Numbered from the stretch's first letter, positions 30,694 through 42,329 are shown. The stretch is DNA of 64,000 nt from Candidatus Tayloriibacteriota bacterium (GCA_018883165.1 VEQN01000001.1:21949-85948); one strand, 5' to 3'. Translations and numbers: made by a program. The notes: generated by a model not told the origin, from the sequence alone.

Positions 30694-31179
30694 ATGAAAA
30701 CATATATCTCCACACTCGAGCTCTGGATTCTAGAGCATTTCTTTCAGCGTTTTTCAGATTTAAGCTTTAAGTACTTGAGACTCACCAACTTCTTTTGGGC
30801 AGTAGTAATGTCTCTAATTTCATTATCTGCATATACCTACCTCACGGTTGTATGCATCATAGAAAAAGAATACATGATCATACTTGCAGCACTTCCGGTA
30901 CTGGGAGGATTTGTACCAGCTATGGCATATTCAGTTAATATAGCTCGTCTACATGCATACGACCACGCAACCTGGGGTGTCGAAAACCCCTTAAAAAGCA
31001 AAGAGGTCAACACCCGTAGGAGTGCACTCGTAATGACATTTGTTGTACTCTCGCTATGGACCCTAATCGGAGTCAGGAATGGGACATACCCAATCGTGAC
31101 GCTTATTTGGTGGGTATCAATGATTAACTACCCAACATTCAGTTTTTGTGCCTGTAACCCACCAGGTCACAGATTCTAA
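30694..31179 (+). CDS. Hypothetical membrane protein (about 4 TM)
   Basis: Hydrophobic segments; own terminator. Confidence 0.65.
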   Translation: MKTYISTLELWILEHFFQRFSDLSFKYLRLTNFFWAVVMSLISLSAYTYLTVVCIIEKEYMIILAALPVLGGFVPAMAYSVNIARLHAYDHATWGVENPLKSKEVNTRRSALVMTFVVLSLWTLIGVRNGTYPIVTLIWWVSMINYPTFSFCACNPPGHRF

Positions 31180-31212
31180 CCCCACACGAAGCCCTGCTTC
31201 ATGTGGGGCTTT
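31180..31212. terminator. Terminator between convergent genes
   Basis: CCCCACA.GAAGC-cct-GCTTC.TGTGGGG-CTTT. Confidence 0.75.
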
Positions 31213-31215
31213 GTA

Positions 31216-32466
31216 TTAATAGTTCTTCAATCGGTTTACCTTGTCGTGCTGTCGAATCTTTTCATGAGCTTTTGCTTCAATCTGTCGAATTCGTTCTCGA
31301 GTTACCCCGAACATCTTACCTACCTCTTCGAGTGTATGCTGAATACCATCATTAAGACCATGTCGAAGCGCAAGAATTTCTCTTTCTTTTTCTGAGAGAT
31401 CTCCAAGAATCTCTTGAACTTGATCTGCGAGAATTCTTCGTGATGACTCCTGGTCTGGTGAAAGAATTTTGTCATCTGCAATGAAATCACCAAATGCCGA
31501 TGCTTTATCATCATCATCGTTCACTGGTGTGTCGAGTGACACAGTGTTTTGATCAATCTTCTCGATGGTGTACACCTTATCAACTTCAATTCCCATTTCA
31601 GTAGCAATTTCTTCCGGCAATGGTTCTCGTCCGAGATCCTGAAAGAGTCTTCGTACCACCTGTTTGTATTTTGCGATTGTTTCTACCATATGAACCGGTA
31701 CTCGAATTGTTCGTGACTGATCAGCAAGTGCTCGTGTAATTGATTGTCTAATCCACCAAGTTGCGTATGTAGAAAATTTAAATCCTTTTGACCAATCAAA
31801 CTTGTCTACTGCTTTGAAAAGACCAAGATTTCCTTCCTGAATGAGGTCAAGGAGTGTAAGGTCAGGACTTCTGTTTGCATATTTTTTAGCAATCGATACC
31901 ACAAGTCGAAGGTTTGCTTTCGCAAGAAGGTTTTTTGCCTCTGTATCACCTGCCTGAATTCTCTTTGCAAGTTCTTTCTCTTCAGAACCACTAATGAGTG
32001 GGTACTGACCAATTTCCTTGAGATACATTTGAATAGAATCATACGTAGAATCACTCTTGTTCATTGCATACTTCTTAAGCATATCTTCTTCCTCTTGTTT
32101 GAAATCAAGAAGACCTCCTCCTTCTAGGATATCAATACCTGCCGTTGAAAGTTTCTCATACAAGTAATCAAGAAACATCACATCAATCTCAATATTTGGG
32201 AATTCTTTTAGAATTTCATCGTATGTAACAAACCCCCTGTCTTTACCACGCTGAAGAAGTACGTTTGCCTTAGCTTCGTACTGTAACTCTTCTTTTGATT
32301 TCTTTGGAGGTTGTGCTGGAACCAAAGTCTTTGAAACCTTTTTTTGTGGTGCTTTTTCTTTTGCTGAAGTCTTTTTTGATGACTTCACTTTCGGCTTAAC
32401 AGCCTTAGGGGTAACCTTCTTTACGGGTTTCGCTTTTGCTTTAGATTGTGTTTGTTTCTTTTTCAT
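31216..32466 (-). CDS. rpoD: Primary sigma factor
   Basis: Region 1.1-like, [57 protein letters not shown]; start moved to ATG 32466. Confidence 0.96.
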   Translation of the reverse strand: MKKKQTQSKAKAKPVKKVTPKAVKPKVKSSKKTSAKEKAPQKKVSKTLVPAQPPKKSKEELQYEAKANVLLQRGKDRGFVTYDEILKEFPNIEIDVMFLDYLYEKLSTAGIDILEGGGLLDFKQEEEDMLKKYAMNKSDSTYDSIQMYLKEIGQYPLISGSEEKELAKRIQAGDTEAKNLLAKANLRLVVSIAKKYANRSPDLTLLDLIQEGNLGLFKAVDKFDWSKGFKFSTYATWWIRQSITRALADQSRTIRVPVHMVETIAKYKQVVRRLFQDLGREPLPEEIATEMGIEVDKVYTIEKIDQNTVSLDTPVNDDDDKASAFGDFIADDKILSPDQESSRRILADQVQEILGDLSEKEREILALRHGLNDGIQHTLEEVGKMFGVTRERIRQIEAKAHEKIRQHDKVNRLKNY

Positions 32467-32473
32467 ATTTCTT

Positions 32474-34261
32474 TTAATTTTTCTTTTTCTTATTGAGTAG
32501 TGATAACTTGTTTGAGATGTCCTGACAGAGTTGTATGAGTTCCTCTGCCCTTTTGGTATCTTTCTTGGTTTCGGAAAGATGCAGGTCATGCATTGCTCGA
32601 ACCAATTTGTCTTTTAGATATTTTTCTTCAAGACTTTGTAGTAATTCATCAATTTCTGTTTGTATTTTCTCTGAACCTTGGAAGAGAAGCTCAGCTTCAT
32701 ACACCATATCCTCAGATCCTTTCTGTAATGCTTTTTTGTATACCTCTATATCTGTCTCTTCGAGAAATGTACCCATTTCATCAAGTATCAATTTCTCATA
32801 TTCAGATGCTTTCTTACCGGACTTTACCGTATCTCCAAGAGAGTGAAGCCACAAGAGGAGCCCTACTATTCTTCTTTGAATCGGATCTCGTTTTAAAAGT
32901 GCAATCTCATCTTGTACATCCGCTTCCCTGTCTTTCTGTACATATTCCTTCTCAGAAGACCCAACAAATTTCTCAAGAATCTTATCTTTCTCTTTAAGTA
33001 ATTTGTGTAATTCCTCACGTAAATCCTCAATCAAGATTCCAGTCTTGAGGCTAATTCTAGATATTAGTTCTGATCTGAAAATTGCACTTTCTACTGCAAC
33101 TACATAGGGTAACACTTCTCCTTGCACTGCCATTTTTAATTTGTCTGGCGTTTTATGTTCTCGAACTACAATGTCGAGGTAATATTCTATTATGTTTTTT
33201 GAATTTTGTAAGGCTTTCTTAAACTCGTCTTTGTTTTTCAAAAGAAGAGATGCAGGGTCGTCACCATCTGGAAGACCTGCCACCTTTACATCCATACTTA
33301 GCTGCAACGCTCCAGTCCAAGCTCGAAGTGTAGCTTTGAGACCTGCTTTGTCAGCATCGTACACTAACATCAGATTATCTGATATTTTCTTCAGTTTATC
33401 AAGATGCCCGGGGGTTAATGAGGTTCCTGATGTTGCTACCGCATTGGTATATCCATTCTGGTGACACAGCAACAGGTCCATCTGTCCCTCAACAAGAATG
33501 GTATATTTCCATTGTCTAATACCCTCCTTTGCCTTGTGATATCCATACAAGATTTCTGACTTGTTGAAGAGTGGTGTATCTGGACTGTTTAGATATTTAG
33601 GACCCTCTGAATCTGGTACACCAAATATTCGTCCTGAATATCCGACAACTCTTGATGACGGATCAAATATCGGAAACATCACACGTGCTCTGAATCTGTC
33701 ATACATGGTTCCATCTGACTTCTCAGATCTTTTAACCAAACCAACAGTTTCCATATCAGCTTCACTTACTTTCTTCGATTTAAGAAAGTCATACAGCTTT
33801 CTCCAATCATTTGGAGCGTACCCCAATCTCCAATCACGGATTGTCTTCTTGGTGAGCCCTCGACCCATCAGGTATTCAAGAGCCTTCTTGTTCTGTTCCA
33901 GTTGCTTTTGGAAGAATGTTGTTGAAAGTTCTAACACGCCTCGAAGTCTGTCATATTCTCCTTTCCGTTCGTCCTTGAATTGTTCAAGTTCAATACCAGC
34001 TCGTTCTGCTAATATTTTTAATGCACCTACGAAATCTACTTTTTCGAATTCTTGTACGAATGTGAATATGTCCCCTTTAGCACCACACCCAAAACAGTAA
34101 TATGAGTTACGTGCAGGTGAGATGAAGAACGAAGGTGTTTTTTCATGATGAAAAGGGCAGCGAGCTTTGTAATTAGCTCCTGCCTTTTCAATCTTCATAT
34201 ATGATTCAAGAACCTCAACGATTCCTAAACGCTCTTTAATTGTTTCTGCAGCTGATGACAT
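32474..34261 (-). CDS. dnaG: DNA primase
   Basis: [35 protein letters not shown]. Confidence 0.97.
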   Translation of the reverse strand: MSSAAETIKERLGIVEVLESYMKIEKAGANYKARCPFHHEKTPSFFISPARNSYYCFGCGAKGDIFTFVQEFEKVDFVGALKILAERAGIELEQFKDERKGEYDRLRGVLELSTTFFQKQLEQNKKALEYLMGRGLTKKTIRDWRLGYAPNDWRKLYDFLKSKKVSEADMETVGLVKRSEKSDGTMYDRFRARVMFPIFDPSSRVVGYSGRIFGVPDSEGPKYLNSPDTPLFNKSEILYGYHKAKEGIRQWKYTILVEGQMDLLLCHQNGYTNAVATSGTSLTPGHLDKLKKISDNLMLVYDADKAGLKATLRAWTGALQLSMDVKVAGLPDGDDPASLLLKNKDEFKKALQNSKNIIEYYLDIVVREHKTPDKLKMAVQGEVLPYVVAVESAIFRSELISRISLKTGILIEDLREELHKLLKEKDKILEKFVGSSEKEYVQKDREADVQDEIALLKRDPIQRRIVGLLLWLHSLGDTVKSGKKASEYEKLILDEMGTFLEETDIEVYKKALQKGSEDMVYEAELLFQGSEKIQTEIDELLQSLEEKYLKDKLVRAMHDLHLSETKKDTKRAEELIQLCQDISNKLSLLNKKKKN

Positions 34262-34317
34262 ATATATGAGATACCATCCATTAGATTACAATTGTAACCT
34301 GACCGAAACCACAGAGA

Positions 34318-37300
34318 CTAGTTTTGTGTATCCTCTTCTTCGTTTCCAAACAATGCTTCAGACTTAAAGTCTTCAATCATTTGATGCTTCTTACTTCCCT
34401 TAAATCCTGTACCTGCTGGGATGAGTCTTCCGATGATCACGTTTTCCATAATACCGTAGAGTGGATCGTGATTAGCCTTGAGAGATGCTGAGATGAGCAT
34501 TCGGTTTGTGTGCTGGAATGATGCTGCTGAAAGGAAGCTTCTTCGGTTGAGTGATGCTTCACCGATACCCATGACTACTGAATCAGCTTTCGCTTCGATT
34601 CCGTTCTTAGCTCGGATAGCTCTGTTAACCTGATCAATTTCAAACCTCTCCACATAGTCACCTACAGCAAAGTGTGAATCACCAACTTCCTTAATTCGAA
34701 CTCGAGAGAACATTTCTCGAACAACTACTTCAAGGTGCTTTCGTGATACGTTTTCACCCTGAAGTTCGTAAATCTTCTTCGCTTCAGTAATGATGTACTC
34801 CTGAGCTCTTTCCTTACCAGCAAGTTCAAAGAGTTCTTCGAGATCAGCAGAACCATCAGTGAGGAAGTCACCCTTAGATACATGCTGTCCTACCTTAACC
34901 ACAGGAACTCGAGCATAGTGGAATGTATATTCAACTTCACTACCTTTCTTTGACTTTGTTGGAACATCAGGAAGAAGCTTAATGATTCGCTCTTTGTTTA
35001 CCTCTTTCACTTCTGTAATTACACCATCATGAGTTGCAATGACTGCAGGATTCTTAGGTGATCGGTTGTCGAAGATTTCTTCTACTCGAGGAAGACCCGC
35101 TGTGATGTCTCCACCCACTGTCGCCACACCTCCGGCGTGGAAGGTTCGCATTGTAAGCTGCGTACCTGGTTCACCAATCGCCTGAGCAGCTACTGTTCCT
35201 ACAGCTTCACCTACTTCAACAAGCTTGTTTCTACCAAGGTCATATCCGTAACACTGTGTACACACACCTTGTTCTGTCTTACATGTAAGTGGTGATCGTA
35301 CAAATACACTATCAATGTTTTCAGCATCAAGTTTCTTAGCATCATCTTTTGTAACAAGATGATTTCGCTTGAATAGTACTGTTCCATTCTTTTCAATATC
35401 TTTTGAAAGTACTCGGCCAGTTACACTCTTAACCATTGGAGTTGAGATACCGGATGCACCTACTCGTTTAATTTCTACACCTTCTTTAGTTCCACAATCC
35501 TCTTCAGTAACCATCACACTTTGAGCAACTACGAAGAGTCGTCGTGTGAGGTAACCAGCTCGAGCAGTGTTCAAAGCGGTGTCTGTCATACCCTTTCGTG
35601 CACCGTGAGTTGTAATGAAGTACTCAATAGGTGTTAGACCTTCCTTGAATGACGAGGTGATTGGGAGTTCGATAGTTTCACCTTGCGCGTTTGAGATCAA
35701 ACCTTTCATACCAACCATCTGTGTTACCTGACCCATAGAACCTCGGGCACCAGAAACTACCATGTCGTGTACTGGACTGTTTCGATCAAGGTTTTGAGCT
35801 ACAAGCTTTTCAACCTTGTCTTTTGCTTCCTGCCAAATTGTAATTGTCTTTCGAGTCTTTTCCTCTTCTGAAAGAAGACCATCGTTGTATTCAGCGAGAA
35901 TAGCTTCTGCTTTCTTCGCAGTTTCCTCAATTACTTCAGTCTTTGCCGCAGGAACTTTCACATCGTCAATACTCCATGTGATACCAGATTCTGTTACGTA
36001 TCTGAATCCGAATTTCTTAACTGCATCGATGAGCTTAACTACCTCTTCCATACTTCGGTGAGTAATCATGTCATCCATGATTCCGTTCATTACAGAGTTT
36101 GTAACTTCTTTGTTGATATATGGATAGTCTTGCGGAAGAAGGTTGTTGAAAAGAATTCTACCTGCTGAAGTCTCGATGATTACACCATCAAATTCCTTGT
36201 ACTTTGTTGCCAAAGAACCTTCTTTTGGTGTTCGAACCTTAATCTTAGCTCGGTATGATACAAGATCATAGTTAAGAGCAGCTACCGCTTCATCTGGATC
36301 TGCAAAAATCTTACCTTCTCCTTGTTCACCTGTTACATCCTTTGTCATCCAATATGCACCAAGCACCACGTCGAGCATCTTCTTTGTAACTGTTGGATCT
36401 CCTGAACCAGGCTTCAAGATGTTCTTAGCTGATTCCATGATTTCCTCAGCTTCTTTCTGAGCTTCCTCTGAAAGTGGTACGTGTACTGACATAGTGTCAC
36501 CGTCGAAGTCCGCGTTGAATGGAGAACATACAAGTGGGTGCACCTGGATAGCGTTACCTTCAATCAATACTGGCTTGAATGCCTGGATTGAAAGTCGGTG
36601 AAGTGTAGGGGCTCGGTTAAGGAGTACTCGCTTGTTCTGGATTACCTGTTCAAGAATAGCCCATACTTCTGGAATACCATCATCGATGAGTCGTGATGCT
36701 CCTCTGATGTTGAATGCCATTTCTCGCTTCAAAAGTTCTGAAATTACGAATGGTCGGAAGAGTTCAAGTGCCATGTGTTTTGGAATACCACACTGGTTGA
36801 GCTTCAATTCTGGACCCACCACAATTACAGATCGTCCTGAGTAGTCTACTCGCTTACCAAGGAGGTTCTGTCGGAAGAGTCCTCTTTTACCTTTTAGGTT
36901 GTCAGCAAGTGACTTCAACGGTCGTCTTTGTGCAGCGTTAAGACCTGCATACACCGTTCCACCACTTCGAATTGAGTTATCAATCAAAGCATCAACAGCT
37001 TCCTGGAGGATTCGCTTTTCGTTTCGAAGAATTACATCTGGAGCATTAATTTCTTTAAGCTTCTGTAATCGGTTGTTTCGGTTGATTACTCGTCGATACA
37101 AGTCGTTCACATCAGATGTTGCGTGTCTACCACCTTCAAGAGCAACCATCGGTCGAAGTGCTGCCGGGATGATTGGAAGAGCTGTAAGGAACATCCATTC
37201 AGGTCGAATATGTGATCGTCCCATAGACTTCACGAGACTGATTCGTCGAAGTAGTTTTTCTCGATCAGCTGCAGAAACCTTCTGCTGTGATTCTTCAAGC

Positions 37301-38028
37301 TGTGCGAGAAGTTTCTTCAGATCAAGATTCTTTAGGATGTTGTATACCGCTTCAGCACCAATACCTGCTTCAAAGCATGTACCGTACTTGAGTGAGAACT
37401 TGTGATATGTAACTTCATCAAGAACTTTTCCAAGTTCAATTGATTCAATATCTCGCTTAGCACCCATGAGAAGTTCAGTAATTGCCTCTTTAGACTTTTC
37501 ATCCTGAAGAGTTTTTACCTTGCTCTTGAATTCACTATCAAGTTCCTTAAGAAGATTTTCTTTTTCTTCTTTGTTTACTTTTGTGATGAGGTATCCAGCA
37601 AAGTACACCACCTTTTCTACATCCGCTGAACTCATACCAAGAATTGTTGCAATTCTTGATGGCATAGTTCGAAGGTACCAAATATGTGCAACTGGAACAG
37701 AAAGCTCAATGTGACCCATTCGCTCTCGTCGAACGATTGATCGTGTGAGCTCTACTCCACATTTTTCACACACAATACCTTTATATCGAATTCCTTTGTA
37801 CTTACCACAGTAACATTCATAGTCTTTCTCAGGTCCGAAAATCTTTTCATCGAAGAGACCATTCTTCTCACTTCGCTGAGTTCGATAGTTCATAGTTTCA
37901 GGTCTAGTAACCATACCGTATGACCATTCTCGAATTCGCTCAGGAGACGCGAGTTTCAAAATCACAGAACCGAATTCATCAATTGAATGCTCTTGGTTCT
38001 TTACATTTAGAGGGTTTTTCATATTCAT
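34318..38028 (-). CDS. rpoC: RNA polymerase beta' subunit
   Basis: Zn ribbon, LLGKRVDYSGR, NRAPTLH, NADFDGD, EPGTQLTMRTFH. Confidence 0.99.
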   Translation of the reverse strand: MNMKNPLNVKNQEHSIDEFGSVILKLASPERIREWSYGMVTRPETMNYRTQRSEKNGLFDEKIFGPEKDYECYCGKYKGIRYKGIVCEKCGVELTRSIVRRERMGHIELSVPVAHIWYLRTMPSRIATILGMSSADVEKVVYFAGYLITKVNKEEKENLLKELDSEFKSKVKTLQDEKSKEAITELLMGAKRDIESIELGKVLDEVTYHKFSLKYGTCFEAGIGAEAVYNILKNLDLKKLLAQLEESQQKVSAADREKLLRRISLVKSMGRSHIRPEWMFLTALPIIPAALRPMVALEGGRHATSDVNDLYRRVINRNNRLQKLKEINAPDVILRNEKRILQEAVDALIDNSIRSGGTVYAGLNAAQRRPLKSLADNLKGKRGLFRQNLLGKRVDYSGRSVIVVGPELKLNQCGIPKHMALELFRPFVISELLKREMAFNIRGASRLIDDGIPEVWAILEQVIQNKRVLLNRAPTLHRLSIQAFKPVLIEGNAIQVHPLVCSPFNADFDGDTMSVHVPLSEEAQKEAEEIMESAKNILKPGSGDPTVTKKMLDVVLGAYWMTKDVTGEQGEGKIFADPDEAVAALNYDLVSYRAKIKVRTPKEGSLATKYKEFDGVIIETSAGRILFNNLLPQDYPYINKEVTNSVMNGIMDDMITHRSMEEVVKLIDAVKKFGFRYVTESGITWSIDDVKVPAAKTEVIEETAKKAEAILAEYNDGLLSEEEKTRKTITIWQEAKDKVEKLVAQNLDRNSPVHDMVVSGARGSMGQVTQMVGMKGLISNAQGETIELPITSSFKEGLTPIEYFITTHGARKGMTDTALNTARAGYLTRRLFVVAQSVMVTEEDCGTKEGVEIKRVGASGISTPMVKSVTGRVLSKDIEKNGTVLFKRNHLVTKDDAKKLDAENIDSVFVRSPLTCKTEQGVCTQCYGYDLGRNKLVEVGEAVGTVAAQAIGEPGTQLTMRTFHAGGVATVGGDITAGLPRVEEIFDNRSPKNPAVIATHDGVITEVKEVNKERIIKLLPDVPTKSKKGSEVEYTFHYARVPVVKVGQHVSKGDFLTDGSADLEELFELAGKERAQEYIITEAKKIYELQGENVSRKHLEVVVREMFSRVRIKEVGDSHFAVGDYVERFEIDQVNRAIRAKNGIEAKADSVVMGIGEASLNRRSFLSAASFQHTNRMLISASLKANHDPLYGIMENVIIGRLIPAGTGFKGSKKHQMIEDFKSEALFGNEEEDTQN

Positions 38029-38046
38029 AGTAGTTTCGTTTAGATA

Positions 38047-41000
38047 TTACGCTTCAATTGATACATCACCAGCTACATCATCAGAATCGTTCTGATCTTT
38101 TGCTAATTCAACATCGATACCCAAACCTCGGAGGTTTGAAAGAAGTACGTTGAATGATGCAGGTGTGTTAGGTTCTAGTAATTTCTGACCTTTCACAATT
38201 GAGTCGAATGCTTGTGATCGACCCTGAATATCGTCTGATTTGATTGTGAGCATTTCTCGGAGTGTGTGCGCAGCACCGTAACCCGCAAGAGCCCACACTT
38301 CCATTTCTCCAAATCGCTGACCTCCTCCTTGTGCTTTACCACCAAGAGGCTGTTGTGTGATGAGAGAGTATGGACCAATTGATCGCATGTGAATCTTGTC
38401 ATCAACCATGTGGTGAAGTTTCAAGATGTACATGTATCCAACGGCAATATCTTGTTCAAATGCATCACCAGTTCGTCCATCGTACAGTTTCATCTTTCCA
38501 GTTTCTTTGAAACCAGCTGTTGTGAGTTCCTTCTTTACTTCTTCAACAGTAGCACCAGCAAATGGAGGTACGATTGCCTGGTAATTCATTGTATGAGCTG
38601 CAAGACCCAAGTGAAGTTCTAGGATTTGACCTAGGTTCATTCGAGAAGGTACACCAAGTGGTGTAAGGATTACATCTACAGGTGTTCCATCTTCCATATA
38701 TGGCATATCTTCAACAGGAAGGATTCGTGAAATTACACCCTTGTTACCGTGTCGTCCAGCAAGCTTGTCACCCACTGAGATATTTCGGAGTACTGCAACT
38801 TCGATGTGGATTCGCTTGATGATTCCAGAGTCGAGTTTGTCACCCTTCTCTCGTGAGAAGATTTTAACACTGATAACTCGTCCTTTCTTTCCGTTTTCAA
38901 GTCGCTTTGATGTATCTTTTACATCTCGAGACTTTTCACCGAAGATTGATCGGAGGAGTCGTTCTTCTGGAGTAAGTTGAGTTTCTGTTTTTGGAGTAAT
39001 TTTACCTACGAGAATATCTCCAGGTCGCACTTCTGCACCTACTCGTACAATTCCATCTACATCAAGATTCTTCAATCGGTTTTCACCAACGTTTGGAATA
39101 TCGTGAGTTGTAACTTCAGGCCCAAGTTTTGTATCTCGAACGTTGATTACAAATTCTTCAATATGGATTGTTGTAAACTTTGAATCCTTAACAAGTCGTT
39201 CTGAAAGAATGATCGCGTCTTCGTAGTTTGCACCAGACCATGCCATGAATGCCACGAGGCAGTTCTGTCCAAGTGCCATCTGACCATCTACTGATGTTGA
39301 TGTATCAACAAGCACATCGCCTCTCTTAACTTTCTGATTCAATGAAACAGTTGGTCGCTGGTGTGAAGCAGTGAACTGGTTTGTTCTATCAAATGCAACA
39401 AGTGTATATGAGTGTTCTTTCTTTGCACCCTTAAGCACCACTTTCTTTGCATCTACATATGAGATGACACCATCTTCAGGAGCGAGAATTACTCGTCCAG
39501 TATCCTGTGCCGCTTTCTCCTCAATACCAGTTGCAACCAATGGAGCTTCTGGGACGATACAAGGAGTGGCTTGTTTCTGCATGTTAGAACCCATGAGCGC
39601 TCGGTTCGCGTCATCGTGGTTAAGGAATGGAATCATGGATGTAGAAACTGAGAACGCCTGCTCAGGAGCAACGTCAATCAAATCTACTTCTTCTCGATCT
39701 ACGATTACAGGTTCACCCTTCATTCGAACTTCAAGAGTTTTTTCCTTGATGAGTCCTGAAGCGTCATATGGAGTTGCCGCATGCGCAATCTTAAACCCTT
39801 CTTCTTCAAGAGCGTTTAGATATACGATTTCTTTTGTAATTTTACCGTTCTTTACTTTTGCATATGGAGTTTCAATCATTCCGAAATGATTTACTCGTGC
39901 GTATGTTGCAAGTTGAAGTACAAGACCTATGTTCTGTCCTTCAGGTGTGTGAATTGGACAAATTCGTCCGTAGTGTGATGGGTGCACATCTCGAACTTCG
40001 ATACCAGCTCGTTCTCGTGTAAGACCACCCTGGCCGAGGGCAGAAATACGTCGAAGGTGTTCAATTTCAGCAAGAATGTTTTCCTGTGACATGAACTGTG
40101 ACAACTGGTTTGTTGTGAAGAATTCTTTGATTCGAGCCTGAAGTGGTCTAGGAGAGATGAATTGCATTGGGAGGTTTGCATCTGTATCAATTGTAGACAT
40201 TCGGTTCTGAATGTTTCGCTTGATCTGTGTCATACCTACTCGAATCTTTTGCTGGAGAAGTTCACCTACAAATCGAACTCGTCGTGATCCGAGGTGATCG
40301 ATATCATCATTTACCGCTTCTGGGTTGTGGTTTAGTTCAACAATGAGAGCAACTGTCTTTGCGATATCATCAAGTGAAAGAGTCATCTCTTTGAGAGACT
40401 TCTCATCCATTGATTTGTTGAATCGCTGATTGATTCGGAATCGTCCAACCTTTGAGAGGTCATATCGTTCTGAACTAATGAGTGACTTGAAGAAGTCTCG
40501 AGCGTTCTCAGCTGTTGCAAGGTCACCGTCTCGAAGTCGCTTGTGGATTTCGATATATGCCTCATCCTTTGTCTTAGCATGATCTTTCGCAAGAGTAATT
40601 TCAATATGCTTCAATGTGTTTTCATCACCTTTAAAGAGTGCCTTAATGTCTGAATCTGTATCAGCACCATACGCTCGAAGAAGTGAAGTTACTGGGAACT
40701 TTCGCTTTCTATCAATTCGTACATATATTGCCCCATCAGCATCTGATTCAATTTCAATCCACGCACCTCTCGCTGGGATAATTTTTGCACCGAAATAGTT
40801 TTTACCCTTCACTTCTTGTGAAGTAAAGAATGCACCGTATGATCGGATGATTTGAGGCACAATGAGTCGTTCGATACCGTTGATGATGAATGTACCGTGC
40901 TCAGTCATCATTGGGAAGTCCGCCATGAAAATTTCTTGTTCTTTTACAGAACCAAGAATCTTGTTTTTGAGCTTCACCATAACCTTAAGTCCACCTTCGT

Positions 41001-41238
41001 AATTTACCTTGTTAGCTTTAGCATGATATTCATCATACTTTGGCTTGGTAAGTTCGAAACCTGTAAACTCAAGTTCAAATTTCTTCTCTGAATAATCTTT
41101 GATTGCAGAAAGTTCTGCAAACACTTCTTTGATACCTGTCTCCAAGAGCCATTTGTATGACTCAATTTGACCCTCAACGAGATTAGGAAGCGGCGCAAGC
41201 GGCTCCTTAAATCGTGAAAAATATTTCTTCTGGCGCAT
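38047..41238 (-). CDS. rpoB: RNA polymerase beta subunit
   Basis: RDVHPSHYGRICP, GSNMQKQA, GDKLAGRHGNKG, GGQRFGEME. Confidence 0.99.
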   Translation of the reverse strand: MRQKKYFSRFKEPLAPLPNLVEGQIESYKWLLETGIKEVFAELSAIKDYSEKKFELEFTGFELTKPKYDEYHAKANKVNYEGGLKVMVKLKNKILGSVKEQEIFMADFPMMTEHGTFIINGIERLIVPQIIRSYGAFFTSQEVKGKNYFGAKIIPARGAWIEIESDADGAIYVRIDRKRKFPVTSLLRAYGADTDSDIKALFKGDENTLKHIEITLAKDHAKTKDEAYIEIHKRLRDGDLATAENARDFFKSLISSERYDLSKVGRFRINQRFNKSMDEKSLKEMTLSLDDIAKTVALIVELNHNPEAVNDDIDHLGSRRVRFVGELLQQKIRVGMTQIKRNIQNRMSTIDTDANLPMQFISPRPLQARIKEFFTTNQLSQFMSQENILAEIEHLRRISALGQGGLTRERAGIEVRDVHPSHYGRICPIHTPEGQNIGLVLQLATYARVNHFGMIETPYAKVKNGKITKEIVYLNALEEEGFKIAHAATPYDASGLIKEKTLEVRMKGEPVIVDREEVDLIDVAPEQAFSVSTSMIPFLNHDDANRALMGSNMQKQATPCIVPEAPLVATGIEEKAAQDTGRVILAPEDGVISYVDAKKVVLKGAKKEHSYTLVAFDRTNQFTASHQRPTVSLNQKVKRGDVLVDTSTSVDGQMALGQNCLVAFMAWSGANYEDAIILSERLVKDSKFTTIHIEEFVINVRDTKLGPEVTTHDIPNVGENRLKNLDVDGIVRVGAEVRPGDILVGKITPKTETQLTPEERLLRSIFGEKSRDVKDTSKRLENGKKGRVISVKIFSREKGDKLDSGIIKRIHIEVAVLRNISVGDKLAGRHGNKGVISRILPVEDMPYMEDGTPVDVILTPLGVPSRMNLGQILELHLGLAAHTMNYQAIVPPFAGATVEEVKKELTTAGFKETGKMKLYDGRTGDAFEQDIAVGYMYILKLHHMVDDKIHMRSIGPYSLITQQPLGGKAQGGGQRFGEMEVWALAGYGAAHTLREMLTIKSDDIQGRSQAFDSIVKGQKLLEPNTPASFNVLLSNLRGLGIDVELAKDQNDSDDVAGDVSIEA

Positions 41239-41429
41239 GTTGTGTAGCGTCTAAAGTTAAATTATTAAAATTTCTGTTAATTCCCGGTTAACAGTATTTT
41301 GCTATCAACACAACCAAGAACACAAAACATCTTCTTCACAAAATGTATGTATTCTCCGTCGAGAATGTATTGATAGAGGAGTTTCCCGCGAAAGAGCCGG
41401 CCAAAACTCATTCGTCTAACGCAGTAGGT

Positions 41430-41460
41430 ATATATTAGTTTATTTATCCACAGGTGTCAA
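41430..41460 (-). promoter_or_regulatory. rpoB promoter with embedded consensus DnaA box
   Basis: TTGACA (41455-41460, minus) and TAATAT-like -10; TTATCCACA at 41444-41452. Confidence 0.55.
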
Positions 41461-41546
41461 TCAAAAAACATTGACATTGCTGGGGATTTCTTAGGGGTAC
41501 AGGTCCCCTATTGTGTGGCTTGGTGGGTTATCCACTTCACAATACC

Positions 41547-42260
41547 CTATCTAACCCCTCCAGCCTGGTTTCGCCACTCATCTATAGCTTTATGATCCCC
41601 TGACAACAACACCTCTGGAACCTTATATTTCTTACCTTTGTACTCCAAAACCTCTGGCCTTGTATACACATCACTTGAACTTGCTCTTGATTCTTCCCTA
41701 CTATCAAAATTTCCAAGTACCCCTGGGATTTGTCTTGAGATGACATCAATCATGAGCATCGCTGGGAGTTCGCCACCTGTTGTAACAAATGGACCCACTG
41801 TTATATCAACCATTTTAAATATCTTTTTTACTCGAGCATCTACCCCCTCGTATCTACCACAAAGAATCACAACATCTGTATATGAAGCTGGTATTTCAGC
41901 CGCAAATTCGTTCGTGAACTGAGTACCCGTTGGAGAGAGGAACACCAAGAGTGCTTTTCCTTTTTTCTTTTGTATTGCGACAACTGCTTTTTCAATAGCT
42001 TTAACAACTGGAAGTGCTTGCATGACCATACCTGGTCCACCACCATATGGCCTATCATCAACCCGAAGGTATGGCTTCTCGTTTTTCGATTGTGACTTTG
42101 TTGGCTTTACAAAATCCCTTGGGTTGTAGAATTTAATCGAAATATGTTTTTCTTTTTGAGCTCGTGCGACTATAGATTCATTGATGTACGAAGAAAGAGA
42201 CTCTGGGAAAAGAGTGATGATGTGAAAAGTAAGGGTTTTTTTAGCTTTTTTGATTGCCAT
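41547..42260 (-). CDS. trmD: tRNA (guanine37-N1)-methyltransferase
   Basis: ITLFPE, VDDRPYGGGPGMV, CGRYEGVDAR, GGELPAM, YTRP, VPEVLLSGDH. Confidence 0.97.
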   Translation of the reverse strand: MAIKKAKKTLTFHIITLFPESLSSYINESIVARAQKEKHISIKFYNPRDFVKPTKSQSKNEKPYLRVDDRPYGGGPGMVMQALPVVKAIEKAVVAIQKKKGKALLVFLSPTGTQFTNEFAAEIPASYTDVVILCGRYEGVDARVKKIFKMVDITVGPFVTTGGELPAMLMIDVISRQIPGVLGNFDSREESRASSSDVYTRPEVLEYKGKKYKVPEVLLSGDHKAIDEWRNQAGGVR

Positions 42261-42295
42261 ATATATTGAATACTACATAAAATACATGTATTTGC

Positions 42296-42327
42296 AAAAC
42301 AAAAAGCCCCGAAGGGCTTTTTGTTTT
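42296..42327. terminator. Intrinsic terminator after KH-domain gene
   Basis: AAAACAAAAAGCCC-cgaa-GGGCTTTTTGTTTT. Confidence 0.85.
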
Positions 42328-42329
42328 TA

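Noticed and set aside
41440-41540. Replication origin
   Set aside because: Only two DnaA-box-like sites, no dnaA/dnaN nearby and no clear unwinding element
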